A DNA stretch of 64,000 bases from Cyanidioschyzon merolae (lineage: Eukaryota): the NCBI GenBank assembly GCA_000091205.1, contig AP006500.2, one strand, 5' to 3'. This document shows, one piece after another, positions 1 through 11,836 of the stretch (within the stretch, counting starts at the first letter, position 1; each line of letters starts with the position of its first letter). The position numbers and the translations under genes were made by a program. Below the pieces are notes generated by a model, which ran no database searches, was not told the DNA's origin, and saw only the letters and a program-made list of their open reading frames with translations.

Positions 1-2684
1 AGTTCGTGGAAGACGACGACCTTACCTGTAAAAGTCAGTCATTCCATGTGGAGCACGTAGATGAACCAACGAACCAACAACCCGTCTCGTAGTCCTTATT
101 CTGAGTGTCGTGCACCAAAACAAATGATCAAAAATCCCTTGTGCACAACGATCGCCCCGCCAATCCATTCCACTGCGTAGGTATCCCACGAAACACTCGT
201 AGACGAACATCAGCATGTGCACTTTCCATACCATTGATACGAACGGTGATGAAGAGACACAGATGCGCAAAGACAGCAAAGCATGCCTGTAGGAGAGATC
301 GTCCCGCGATGAACAACCTACCATCGGTTTCGTGCTGAAACGTGAACGTCCCGTCGCACGAGGGACAGAAATATGCCTCGTTCAGTCAATGCGACCTCGT
401 TCCGGAGGTATCGAGGACTTGTCTACGGATACCCAGGAGGGAGCAATCCGCTGTTCGTCAACAGGACACCAACGAGCATTCCGAGAATACCCGCTCTGAC
501 GGCTATTCAATGATGACGTCAACTGCGAGCGGTCAGGACGACAGCATCGCTCAACGCGTCATCTTTCGTCAAAGCGCTATGTCACTTGTCCTTCTCCTGC
601 CCAAGGGCTCCCGTCCAGCTCTTGGACAACATCGCATACGACGACTGACAAGCGGCCAACGAATGCGACGCTGACACTGGCGTTCCGCTGCCCTTCATGC
701 TAGCCTATTCGCCTCGCTTCGAGCATGTCCAAGGCGCCGTCTCTGTACTCAGACGCCGTGCTGATGCTGAGGTACCGATAGACGAGTCGTCCGCGTTCAC
801 GAAACCGTCATGCAACAAGCCGTTCTCTGCCCTTAGTAGCGCTGAGCTGCTAGGTTGCTTCGCTGCTCGAGTCTTGCAGGGAGTGGCATACGCGCTTCGG
901 CCCGTGTGAGATCTCGCGGTGAATAAGGTAACGAGAGCCTACCCGAAGAACCACAGACGCGAACAAGGGTAGGGAGCGTGAGTTTCGGAGCCGCCCATAT
1001 CTCAGGGCGTCTGCGTCTCAAGAAAGAAAACGGATATAGGGTCGAGGGATCACAGTCCTGACATTCGGCCATGTAGAGGAAAAGGAGAAGAAACTTCCAA
1101 GTCATTGAAGAAACAGATCTTTCGGGAACGAGGACACAAAAAGCCGGGAACGAAGAACAGTCGGTACGGGGAAGATCTATATCAAACAAGTTGCAAAGGC
1201 TGCACGACGAATACAGATCGACTGAGGGCCTCCTCCACAAAGTACGGCACAGCACGCCACTAGGGATCGCAGTGCTTGTCGCTCGAGGAAGGCTCGGCTA
1301 GCTTCTCACGCCCTGGCGCCCACTGCCAAGCAACTGTTCGCTGGCGTTCCGGACGCAGGGCTACCAGCTTCTCTCATTCGTCTGGAATGTGGCGATCAAA
1401 ACTTTGTGCAACAACACAGCTGATGCTTTGGACAGACGATGCAAGACGAGTTCATCATAGGATCAGGGGTGCGCACCCGTGCTTTTCCATAATACATTGA
1501 CGCGTTGGCATGCCATATCGGCGATCAAAGCATCTACAGTCCAGACATCGAAACGTTTGAGACCATTTTCGAAAAGCCAAGAGTATCAGCGGATCAATGT
1601 CGAGCGCTTCGTGCAGCGCACCATGGGGGCATTCTACCTAAAGCTTGCTGACCCAGAAAAATTCGGGACTGATGGAAGCGATTCCACCTACATGGAGTAC
1701 ATGAGCGTCCGACTGGCTCATGCGGACGACCTGTGGCAGGAGTCCACGGGATAGCGCCGCTGTTGCCAACGGTTCCGGGTACGTGGATGCGAGAATCGTG
1801 CATGAGGAAACCCTCTCTCTATAACCTGGAAAACGACATGACCGATCATTTGCCTTGCTCGATGTTGTTAGCCTATGGCGTTTGGCATGCTGTAGCGCGC
1901 GGCGAGGGGTGCACGCTTGTCGTTTATACAGGAGCGCATAACGAGATTAGGACGTGATACGAACATCGCGAGCACTGGTGCCGCTCAGACACTTGAGGCG
2001 AGAGAAAGAGCGAAACAGAGCCGGATGTATAGGATAGTACGCATGATGCTGACCGAACGTCAGCTTGCGAGGCAATCGCTCATGAGAGGCTTGCAATAGG
2101 ACGATTCCACGAGCAACCACGCGGACAAACACATTCCCACCGGGAGTTGAACGCCTCGATCCACGTCGAGAAAATGTCTCGCACCTCCGTAACTTCCAGC
2201 GGTATTGCTTCGATCGGGCTGTGGACGGAATCGTTTAGTACTCAGTATGGGCATCGTGCTGGAAAGCTGAAGACTGACGATGCAAAACACCATTGGCTAG
2301 GATAGATGGCATTGGATTCTCGCGTGGACCAAGGCACCGGTATGGTGCTGTTCAGCAATCCAGCAAAACTAGAGCGCCACATATGTATTCACTGGGAACG
2401 ATATTCTGTGCCCAGTGGTGGTAGATAACGATGGTCCATGATTTGATGTTGTTGTGAAATCCCCAATTGTACACAAGTTTCCGTAGAATGGCACCAGGAG
2501 CGTAGGCGCTGTGGCAACCACGGTTCCCGTAGGTCCTCGCGACAGCAGTGCGGTACAGCTACGAACTGACAGGTATAACCCGAACAGCGCTGGTTCCGGA
2601 GTCCTAGTGCCAGAACGTCAGCAGCAGCGGTTGTAGAAGTCGTATGGGCGGTGGTCGGTATTGCAACCTGGCTTTCACCGACTG

Positions 2685-4787
2685 CTAGGCCCAAAAGCAC
2701 TGCTCTTCGGGAGGGTCAGCGTTCGCACGGAAACTGCTCAGGGCGTGGTCGTACTCTTGGTACCAAAGACGCCAGCGCTGTTGTTTCCAAAAGCATTGAG
2801 CAGCGAACCAAGAGCTCCGATCCACGTGCCAAGGCTTCATGGGGCCGTTGAAGTGGAGTACTCGCGTCTGACGACTCCGAAATCGACGCTGGCAGGTGGT
2901 ATTGAACGCAACAGGCAGCTCTGTGAAGGTGTCTTTGAAGAAGTAGTTGAGAAGTGGCTGGTCACCATAGGGGAAGGGGTAGCCGCGCGTATACGCCGAG
3001 CGCCATTCTTCGTAAAGCAAGCAGTTTCGCAGCGCCTGATACGTATGCAGACCTGGATGGATGACCATGACTCCACTGTTGAAAAGACCGCATCCACTTT
3101 TGACCGCGGCAAGTTCTTCATAGCGGAAGAGTTCATGTAACGCCCCGAGCACGATGGTGTCCGCATCGAGGTAGATGAGTTTCTCAAAGTCGACCAACTC
3201 CCAGATATTCAGTTTGTCGAATGTGGAGCGTTCCCACTGATCGTGCGCATCCGTGAACCTGGATGCAGCGTGCGACGCAGTTCCATGCCGCACTGCGCGG
3301 CGGGAAAAGGGTCTTTTCAGCTCGCGGTTGGAGAGATCTCTGGAGCTGAGAAATCCCTGCCACTCGAGATCGCTCAGAAAACTCGAACAGGAGCGGACAT
3401 CCCAGCCAGCTCTCGAAAGGACCTCGCGATGCCATTTATCCACCGCGGTGGACACCACCAAACATATCATTGGAATGCCGGCATGGTACTGTTGCAGGGT
3501 AGAAGCAAGCACCACCGCTGGCAACACGTATGTTCCGGAAGAACAAACGGTGACAAAAGCACAGGGAGCGCGGCCGTTGGGGCGAGCTTGCACACGCGGC
3601 GCGCGCAGAAAAGGCCGTGGCTTCTCCATTGGGGTCGCAGGAGACACCTCTGATTCATTGTCTGCACGATCGCGCCGTAGCGGGCGGCTTGCACTCACTT
3701 GATCAAACGCATTTCGCATAACGTGCTCTGTTTGCCGAGTTGCTAACAGCGCTCGATACTGCGTTTTATCGTGAGGGAAATCGCTGCCAGTTTTTAAAGG
3801 TGTCCCATCTGGAGTTATAAGGGAATCGGAGCCCAATGGAGACGTCTCCTCATATAGTTTTGGCGCTAAACGGGCAATCGATCCGCTCAGGGCTGGATTC
3901 ATTTTCTCGTTCAGATAGCGCATGCCGAGACCATGACCCAAAATTGCAAGAAACAGACGCCGCTCCAGTCCGTGTTGAACATCAGGCGCACGCTGCTGCG
4001 CGCGTTTTCGGGCAGAGCGCACTGCCTGCCTCCAGCCGAACCAGACCAAGACGCCGATACCAGCCCCAATTGTGGTCGTATCCGAGTAGTGAAGAACGTT
4101 CCGCACTCGTTCAAGAGAGCTGCGCGCACACGAAGAAAAACTCTTCAACCGTGATTCCGACGGTGGCGCTGCACTCTCGTCGCTGTACGGTTCAGGAACA
4201 GCGGCCCGACGAGCGTCGCGCGCACCACTGCTCTGTTTACCTACAGCAGTTTGAGATTCGAACGCCCTGTTTATCTCAGCAGGATCGTCATAATACTCGA
4301 TAAGGACATCATTTTCAACCACAGCGTCTGCACGCTGCTTTTCTCCCCACATACGGTATGCCGACCAGACGCACTGGATATGCTCCGTATTTCCCAAGGC
4401 CAGAGCAGAGCGCTGCAGCGTAGCGCCGGAGATGTAGCCGAGTTCCGTTTCGGAGGGCGCTGCGCAGGCCTGCGCGCTCGGGCGGATCCCGAACGCGCGA
4501 TTTGAATGGCTTTCGCGCCATCGCTGCGTGCGCCTGTGCGGCGATTTCCGGATCCAGGGGGCAGCGGGAGGGGCGTTTCGCCCGCAGGCCTGCGCGCTCG
4601 GGCGGATCCCGAACGCGCGATTTGAATGGCTTTCGCGCCATCGCTGCGTGCGCCTGTGCGGCGATTTCCGGATCCAGGGGGCAGCGGGAGGGGCGTTTCG
4701 CCCGCAGGCCTGCGCGCCCGGCATCTTTCGCGCCATTGCCGGATGTGTGCCTCGTTTACGGATGGTATGTCGGATCGATGCATCCAA
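2685..4787 (-). CDS. Glycosyltransferase family 8 (glycogenin/PGSIP-like) type II membrane protein; N-terminal extent uncertain, since the maximal ORF runs through a 120-bp tandem repeat
   Basis: Conserved GT8 motifs are present. LDADTIVLG is the DxD motif, then NSGVMVIHP and the C-terminal HFNGPMKPW. A single TM segment (IGAGIGVLVWFGW) lies upstream of the catalytic domain (CAFVTVCSSGTYVLPAVVLASTLQ). This is a 700-codon uninterrupted ORF. Confidence 0.6.
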   Translation of the reverse strand: MDASIRHTIRKRGTHPAMARKMPGAQACGRNAPPAAPWIRKSPHRRTQRWRESHSNRAFGIRPSAQACGRNAPPAAPWIRKSPHRRTQRWRESHSNRAFGIRPSAQACAAPSETELGYISGATLQRSALALGNTEHIQCVWSAYRMWGEKQRADAVVENDVLIEYYDDPAEINRAFESQTAVGKQSSGARDARRAAVPEPYSDESAAPPSESRLKSFSSCARSSLERVRNVLHYSDTTTIGAGIGVLVWFGWRQAVRSARKRAQQRAPDVQHGLERRLFLAILGHGLGMRYLNEKMNPALSGSIARLAPKLYEETSPLGSDSLITPDGTPLKTGSDFPHDKTQYRALLATRQTEHVMRNAFDQVSASRPLRRDRADNESEVSPATPMEKPRPFLRAPRVQARPNGRAPCAFVTVCSSGTYVLPAVVLASTLQQYHAGIPMICLVVSTAVDKWHREVLSRAGWDVRSCSSFLSDLEWQGFLSSRDLSNRELKRPFSRRAVRHGTASHAASRFTDAHDQWERSTFDKLNIWELVDFEKLIYLDADTIVLGALHELFRYEELAAVKSGCGLFNSGVMVIHPGLHTYQALRNCLLYEEWRSAYTRGYPFPYGDQPLLNYFFKDTFTELPVAFNTTCQRRFRSRQTRVLHFNGPMKPWHVDRSSWFAAQCFWKQQRWRLWYQEYDHALSSFRANADPPEEQCFWA
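4465..4722. repeat. Perfect tandem duplication of a 120-bp unit (2.1 copies) containing a near-palindrome flanked by GGATCC sites
   Basis: The sequence at 4465-4584 is identical to 4585-4704 (caggcctgcgcgctcgggcggatcccgaacgcgcgatttgaatggc...). The same duplicated peptide appears in three minus-strand ORF translations. Confidence 0.9.
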
Positions 4788-7700
4788 ACAAAACCATCGG
4801 AAGCGCGAGCGGTGCCATGGATTAGGCGAAAACTAGCTTTGTGCTCTACATTCGCCTTTGCACCTGCATACTCCTAGTTTAATGATGGTGTCGAATCGAT
4901 GGATTCTCCAGGATTCCATCGGATGTGAGAGCATTGCTGGCAATCAGGGGAAAGACTAGTGCTCGACTGGAAACGCAACCACATGGCCGTATGCACGATC
5001 GCTCGCGGGAGCGTGCACGCATGCAGAGCGTTCGCGTGGTGTTGCCTGCGCTCGCGCTCAGCTTGAACGGCGACTTGAGGCGCTTGGAGACGCTTTGGGA
5101 GGAGTGAAAATTCGGACAAAGCTGTACCAGTGGTCCACTTGGCATTCGTATGATATGTAGTTGCTCCTGCGGTATTCGTCACAGCGTTATATGCTTGGTC
5201 TCATCGGAGGAATGCATGGTTTGTAATATGAATTCGAAATGACTTTTACTCGCTTTATGGTTTCAATTTGTGTTTTTGTGTTATGCGGGCATGGTTGCGG
5301 TGCTGGGCGCCCCGCAGATCACCGTCCTACCTCCGAGTCATATGACACTGGGCCACCGCACTGATTGCCGGGCGTCAGCTTTGCGATATTTTCTGAGTTT
5401 TTTGCTGGGTGTACAGCCTTGGGATGAAGCATGAAGCAGTAAAGGGCTATCCGTTCATGCGTAGTTTTAGGACTTTCGGTCGTCATTTCGGAGTGGCACG
5501 ATTGACACATTGGTGCTGGAATTCGCAACAACATCGGCATCAAGATGATTCGCGACGCCCTCGAACAAGGGTTCCATTCATTACCGATATCATGATCTAG
5601 CTCATACGTACAAGCACCGAATATTGTTCTGTCCTGTGTGTAGTATGCGCACATGAAGCATTCTTCAATTTTTCGATCTTTTTTGTTTCATGGGAACTCG
5701 GAGACGCGGCTACTCGCTCCGCTGGGTTGATGAGGGGAAAACTCGAGAGCGTCGCTTAACGACTGCTTTAGGAGGTGATGCCTAAAGCTCAATGAATTTC
5801 GCAAATCAATGTATCGATTCCGTTCGAAAGGCATAGCCACCTCTCCTCTTGGCAATCGGCTACATGGAATTCTGCTGCTGCTGCAACAGCAGCAAGATAG
5901 TTCTCAGGCGATATGTTTCCAGGTGCTCGCGCCTCTTCTGTCTGCATGGAAAAGAGTCTCGGACACGGAATTTACTCATCGCAGTGACCGCTTCGAGTGG
6001 ACAGTGCTACGCTGCTTTTGCACCGTACGAGCGCATACAGAACGACCTTTCTCGACTCGAGTTCCAGCCTGGATATTCCGTCCGGTACTTGTTTCTGCAT
6101 GAATAGCATCGGGTGCCACAAATCCTCTATCGAATGGAACAGCATGCGCATGCGTGTGCAATGGAGATACTAGTCGCTAAGCGGACCACCCAGAGGCAGC
6201 CCGTGAACCTGGGGTACGGCACAGGGCTTGGAAGGGGGCCAGCGCTTCGCCGGGTGCCTTCTATTCCCTCCAACGCCATGTACCGAGCGATGCAGCAAGG
6301 CGTCATACGCCACCGGAATGCCCCCAAGGTAAAATATATGGTGGATACGTGTAAAAGCGCTGAACAAAGTCCAGTGTCGCCGCTGCGAGGGAGACACCCA
6401 GTTCGTATGAAAAGAAAATGGAAATGAGAAGCGAAGCCTTTACTGCAGCCTTGCGCCTGTGCATGAAGTTTGTCGACAACAGCCGGGACCACCAAAATCG
6501 GGAAGCGAACGCCACCGTTAACATCCCTCCACTGCTGACAGCGGAGCTGGGGTTCCAGAAGAGCTGGTCTTTTTTAAAGCCGGATATGAGTGAGCAAAAA
6601 GGAAGCGACCACCGAGAATCCAGCAAAGGCTTGCGTTGAAGACTATAGAAAGAGACCGAAACTTTAGAGTTTAGCCTTAATTGGCAAACTGGACCCCTTC
6701 TTCTAGATGCTGACTGGCATGCACCACCCATCTCATCTAAAAATCGCTACACACTGTCAGGCGGCTCCCCGTATTGCCTATCACTAAAACTCACAGGTTT
6801 CGGCGACGCGCTCAGTGCGTGCCATATGCCGAACAGCAAATCCGTCTGATTCGAGACCTGTTGTGCGGGCGCCCTGAGAAAGGCCATTTCGCACAGACAG
6901 CCAATGGTCCGACTGCGCGTGCTCCCTCGACACCCTGCTTTGAGACTGGCCGTAAGGCGCCGCATCCCGTGGACGACTCTTACATTATTGACAGTGTTTT
7001 TACACATTCCGCTCGATGCACCAGTTGGAATATGAAAATGCCTCGCATTGGCAGTAGAATTCATATCATGGATATGCGGCATGCGTCAGTTCGGAAAGCT
7101 GGATGAGCGGGACGGCCGGTCACCGAAAGAAGAGCGCAACCTCAGAGCTGATCGACGCAGTCCCGAGCGAGCCAGTACGTGAGTTTGTGCTATCTTCGGC
7201 CGGCTGACCGGTTCCCAACTGCGTCAACTATCTCTGTTCGGCAGTCGGCAGCTACCTCCATGTAGTTCAGCGAATGACGCTTCTCGCGGACGCGCACTGG
7301 GCTGCAAGGATCGACTCGAGCTCAAAACCGGTTCTAGCACGCTGAATACAAGCTCGGTTCCGTGCAGCATTTTGCGCTTATCAATCAAGAGCCCGTCCAG
7401 CACAATGGTAACGGTGCGGTAGTCCATTCGCACTCAATAAAGTGTCCATGAAACGCAACTCGGACAAAAACAAACAACCTGCGGCTGTTCACGGGCACAC
7501 TGCCTACGCCAGCATATTCGTCACTGTCATCGCACTCTTTTCCGCGCGCGCAGCTACCAAACCTAGCCCTGAATCGTCGATGAAATTGAACCGTTGTTGC
7601 GGCATCCGCCACGTTTGTAGCCGTTTCAGAAGAAAGCTCATAATATCGCCCAGGCAGTCATGAAACGAAGCGCCGTGGTTATGACGTCGCATCGATGATA

Positions 7701-8050
7701 CCTACTTCAGCTCCCCGAGCGCACATATGGTATTGGCGTCTGCAAAACCAACCATCAATCATCGTCCGAATCCAAGTTCCACAGTCCGCAACCAAATTCT
7801 CCTTCGCAAATAGCAACCTTTTTCCAAACGAGCCCACGGAATCCTGACGCAAACTTGCTCGCTCGCGCGTCGAGCGGTATGCGGAAGCAGCGCGCCCCGG
7901 CGAAGGCACGCATCGTCAATGGACACGTGTCCACGCGCCTCCTGTACACGCACCCGCGCATGGCGCTGTCGTCGGCATCGCCTTGGACGCATCTCGGGGA
8001 CAGCATCTCGATTGCATGTTGGCGTGTACGCGGAAGTTGCCGTTGGACCT

Positions 8051-8560
8051 ATGTCTCATCTGCAGATTGAGATCGACGAATCCCTCCGTTTCCCGGCAGC
8101 GACCTTGAAAAAGATCATACGTCGGAAACTGGACAAGCTGCTGTCTGATGAGCTGGTCCCGCGGGAAGACGGCGCCTCCGAGGCTCGACGCGTCCAGCTG
8201 GACAAGGACGCGCAGTTGGCCTTCTCCGCCGCAGCCACCGTTTTCGTGTCGTACATTACCGCAATTTCGACTGCAGTTGGGGCAGAGCGAAAACGCACCA
8301 CGTTGAACATGGATGACGTTATAGAAGCGCTTCGGAGGACCGAGTTTGAGGACTTCGCGGTCGAAGTAGAGCAGTTCGTTCAAAACTGGCGCATGCTGAA
8401 CGAGCGGCGCAAGGCGCAGGCACGGCAAGCGCGGGTTGAGCGCAAGCGGAAAGAGCCTGAAAACAGCGACGTCGAGAACGACGACGGCGCATACGCTTCC
8501 GACATGCCACAGGAAGACACCGAAGATCCCGAAGAGGACGATCTGATAGAGGGTACCTGA
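8051..8560 (+). CDS. Histone-fold protein (NF-Y/NC2/DNA polymerase epsilon accessory subunit-like) with acidic C-terminal tail
   Basis: The segment LRFPAATLKKIIRRKLDK...AFSAAATVFVSYITAISTAV...KRTTLNMDDVIEAL fits the histone-fold L1-helix pattern. The C-terminus is Asp/Glu-rich (DTEDPEEDDLIEG). An internal ATG at 8051 is the likely start, because upstream residues are Arg/Cys-rich junk. Confidence 0.5.
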   Translation: MSHLQIEIDESLRFPAATLKKIIRRKLDKLLSDELVPREDGASEARRVQLDKDAQLAFSAAATVFVSYITAISTAVGAERKRTTLNMDDVIEALRRTEFEDFAVEVEQFVQNWRMLNERRKAQARQARVERKRKEPENSDVENDDGAYASDMPQEDTEDPEEDDLIEGT

Positions 8561-9750
8561 CTCACGGAAGACGACTGCAGGCTCCGGGAGGCTTATCGCG
8601 CCGGTCAAGCACCTTGTCAGATGTCGAGGCTCAACGCTGGTGCGTATGGGCGAACTCAAATACGTGTCCACCGGATCAAGGGCACGATGTAAGCTCCAAT
8701 GATCATGAGACGCAATGAATTAGTCAAGTCCTACATAATCGGTTCCCCTGAGGCGCAAAGAGACAGCAGCTTGGGCAGGACTGTGAATTGGTCGCTGTCC
8801 TGCGAGCCTAGTGAAAGAACGGTGTTGCTTCGTGGTCGTTTCGTGGACCCTGACAACCGAGACAAACCGCTCTGTCAATTCTTTCTCCGGAATTGTGTTC
8901 CGCCCCCCAGATGTGTGTACTGAATTGCTTTTTCACAATTTATACCATGCGCATTCGAAGTATGTTTATTTGAGGAAACAGAAATCTAAGTGAAAGGCAT
9001 GGACATGCAAGTCGGCAATCCTGGATGACAGTCAATGCCGGCTGCCGGAAACAATCCTCCTCTTGTCGACCATCGAGCGCAGAGGCGCAAGTGACGACGA
9101 AGACGAAGAGGGCGAATAGGCGAAAAACAGTGCCTCCCGACGGGACGATAACGAGACTTTTGTCGCACAGAGGGTACGGGTCTGAGAAATCCTTGCAAAG
9201 GTGCGTTCAACCGGTGTCAATGTACGCAAGGAGTTCGTGAGCCCAGACCTCAACGCCGCCGTCAATATCACACAATGTGTAGCACTGGAGACTAGACCCG
9301 CGGAGCCGACGCGAGCGAACTTTGCAGGGCATCCTCTCCCGCTCGATGTGTACAAGCAGAAACTAAAACCGATAGCAGTCGGACGGTCGAAAAGGGATGG
9401 GAGGCGTCTTCCAATGGTTTTCCATTTACCCTACACGGTCGTGGGACATTTTTTGTTTCACGAACATTTATGTATATTGGGGAATAATTGCATCAGAGAG
9501 GTGATTGTTGCTTGCTTCCGCTTGTGGTGATCCACGCCGACATCTCCACACCATCGAAGAACGATGTGCATCCGTCCGCAAATGACGCATCCCGCACATG
9601 CCTCCTGCTCCTACGATGACTGTCTATACGTTGACGATGCGAACCAAGCCAAAGACAAGTTTAAACAGAAAAACCTCGCTTTCGTCGCGCGATGTCGTTG
9701 ATATGCAGCGCCGGTCGGGATCACTCCTGTTCACGGGTACGCACCGTGCG

Positions 9751-10266
9751 TTATTCATCATCGGGATCTTTGGAGTCATCGAGACTCCAGCGCAACGATT
9801 CCACTTCGTGTTTCAGGCGAAGAGTCGACTCTCTGATTTTGGTGGCAAGAAGCTCGCCCTCCTCAATCTCGTCATCGGTGAGGCTGCGTTTTGCCCGCCA
9901 GTCCATCGTTCGGACTAGAACATGGGCACCGGAGGTCGCTTCCGGAAAAGGACACGGCAAAAGCACTGTCGACACGTAGCCGGTATAACGTGCGTCATTT
10001 CGTAGCTCGAGGAGAATATTTTTCCGCTCCTCGTCGATTGTGACGCGCTCCTCAACGAGGCGACCATCTGAAAAGTACAGACGTCGATCGTGCTGTTGTC
10101 GAAACCTAGCAACACCTGTGGGATCCTCAGCAACTGAAAGAGGTACAATTTCAGCCCGCTCAAGTCCGGGCATAAACTGTTCGTCACTCTGGAGCTTGTC
10201 AAGCAGTAAACCCCAGAGCACATCCAGGTCTGCGTGAATAAGTGCGGCGTACGTTGCTGTCGGCAT
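9751..10266 (-). CDS. Hypothetical 171-aa protein, possibly an SRPBCC (Bet v1/START-like) fold
   Basis: The ORF is intact. Its helix/strand/helix hydrophobic periodicity (ALIHADLDVLWGLLLD...YTGYVSTVLLPCPF...VLVRTMDWRA) is typical of small ligand-binding SRPBCC proteins. No catalytic motif is seen. Confidence 0.3.
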   Translation of the reverse strand: MPTATYAALIHADLDVLWGLLLDKLQSDEQFMPGLERAEIVPLSVAEDPTGVARFRQQHDRRLYFSDGRLVEERVTIDEERKNILLELRNDARYTGYVSTVLLPCPFPEATSGAHVLVRTMDWRAKRSLTDDEIEEGELLATKIRESTLRLKHEVESLRWSLDDSKDPDDE

Positions 10267-11489
10267 ACAAACGGCGACAAGGCAAACCGAAGACAGCTAT
10301 CCACCACTTTTGCGATTCGTCTCCAAAAGCGGTACCAACGAGCGCTACGTGTCACTAACGAACGACTTTCCGTTGAGTAGTCACCAATAATGCAACCAGT
10401 TTCCCCGAGTCAAGCGAACAAGCGCTGCGTCCCGTTTCCAGAAGCGTACAACCCCTGTATGGACCCGCGCGGTAGTTGTCTGAAAAAAGGCCTCTTCAGC
10501 CGCGTGACGCCGCTCGAACAGAGTCTTATCAGTGAGCTACCAACCAAAGCAAAGATTCTCTTAAATAGCAACCTTGCTGATCCACGTCGCAAAATCACGT
10601 ACCAGATAGCAGTATCTGCTGTAGTACCACAAACTCCGCTGCCTAGACGCCGTCGTGTGCAGCGCAATGACCAGCGCAGACGCGGATCGAAAATTCCGGT
10701 GCATCGCGTGACGGCCTCCGCAGTCGCATCGCCTTCTTGAGCGCCGTATTCCCTTTCTATCTGGGAGATGATCTGTCTCAGGGGTGGTAGAAGAGACCAG
10801 ATACCCTCGGGTACGCGTACATGACCAGGATTAACCGAATAAACAGAAGATGTTCCCGTTCCACGCCTCCAGAACAAGACTTTCCTCCAGAACAACATCT
10901 CCTTCGTGCGTGTGTACGATACGTATGCTGCATAGCCGCGTGCCGCACGAGTCAGGACGACTCTGAGACCACAGCAAACGAATGAAAGACTGTTTTGGGT
11001 AGCATGCTGGATGCCCGGCTCACGACTGACGCCACGACATTCGTATCATGCCGCGTCCACTGCTTGTGCGATACGCAAGTACAAGCGTGCGGTTCCATGC
11101 ACATGCAGCAGAGCTGCGGTTCGGCGCACGTAGGTGCATCCTGTGCCTCGCCATCCCTGAAAGAGACAACCGGGTACGGCACCTTGTCTATCGACGGTTG
11201 TAACGTGCTCCCGCTGGTTGCGGCGACGCTCAGGGCTTTGCGCGAACTCCTGGCGATCCATGCGCTCTGTGGGCGTACACCTATGCGCTGCTGCTGTCGT
11301 GAATGCTGTCGTCAGTACCGTCGTTATCTTCGATGCCGTTTCCGACGCCCACACAATGATCCGGAGCGATGCGAAACGGCATCTCGTCTCGAAGCTAGCG
11401 ATACCATTCGACGCTCGCGCATTCACTCGAAAACATGGAACAACCACTCGACTGGACGATGAAACCTACGCAGAAACAATGAAATAAAG

Positions 11490-11711
11490 ACATACACCAT
11501 GAAAGATGCGCATATACACTGGACGAGACTGTCGTGCCGCACGCGCGCCCCCCCGCCGCCAGCACTGGAACCCGCACGAGCAGTGTTGTTCCTCGTATCA
11601 GACATACACCATGAAAGATGCGCATATACACTGGACGAGACTGTCGTGCCGCACGCGCGCCCCCCCGCCGCCAGCACTGGAACCCGCCCGAGCAGTGTTG
11701 TTCCTCGTATC
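11490..11711. repeat. Tandem duplication of a ~112-bp unit immediately upstream of the ERMP1 start codon
   Basis: The unit acatacaccatgaaagatgcgcatatacactggacgagactgtcgtgccgcacgcgcgcccccccgccgccagcactggaacccgc... occurs at 11490 and again at 11602, with one substitution. Confidence 0.85.
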
Positions 11712-11836
11712 GCTGGCGACCTGTGCGAATCTCGACGCGTCCAGAGCCGAGTTCGAAGCGTTCATGATCCGTAGGGCGCTTTTGTGCTAGGCAATTCTCT
11801 GCGATAACTTGGTGTCTATTTCTTGTTTTAGGACCT

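Noticed and set aside
2661-3187. ORFs 2661..3140(+) and 2837..3187(-) overlapping the GT8 gene
   Set aside because: Both are antisense or alternative-frame shadows of the GT8 catalytic-domain coding region. The GT8 frame carries the conserved motifs.
4240-4275. tRNA-like T-loop (GTTCGAATC on the minus strand)
   Set aside because: Flanking bases do not form the T-stem or acceptor stem, and no D-loop or anticodon arm can be built. It is a chance match inside the GT8 5' region.
4271-4783. ORFs 4271..4783(-), 4315..4641(-), 4502..4825(+), 4528..4836(+) and 4626..4877(+), with internally duplicated peptides
   Set aside because: All are translations of the 120-bp tandem repeat in different frames or strands. 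They are Arg/Gly/Ala-rich, typical of spurious ORFs in GC-rich repeats.
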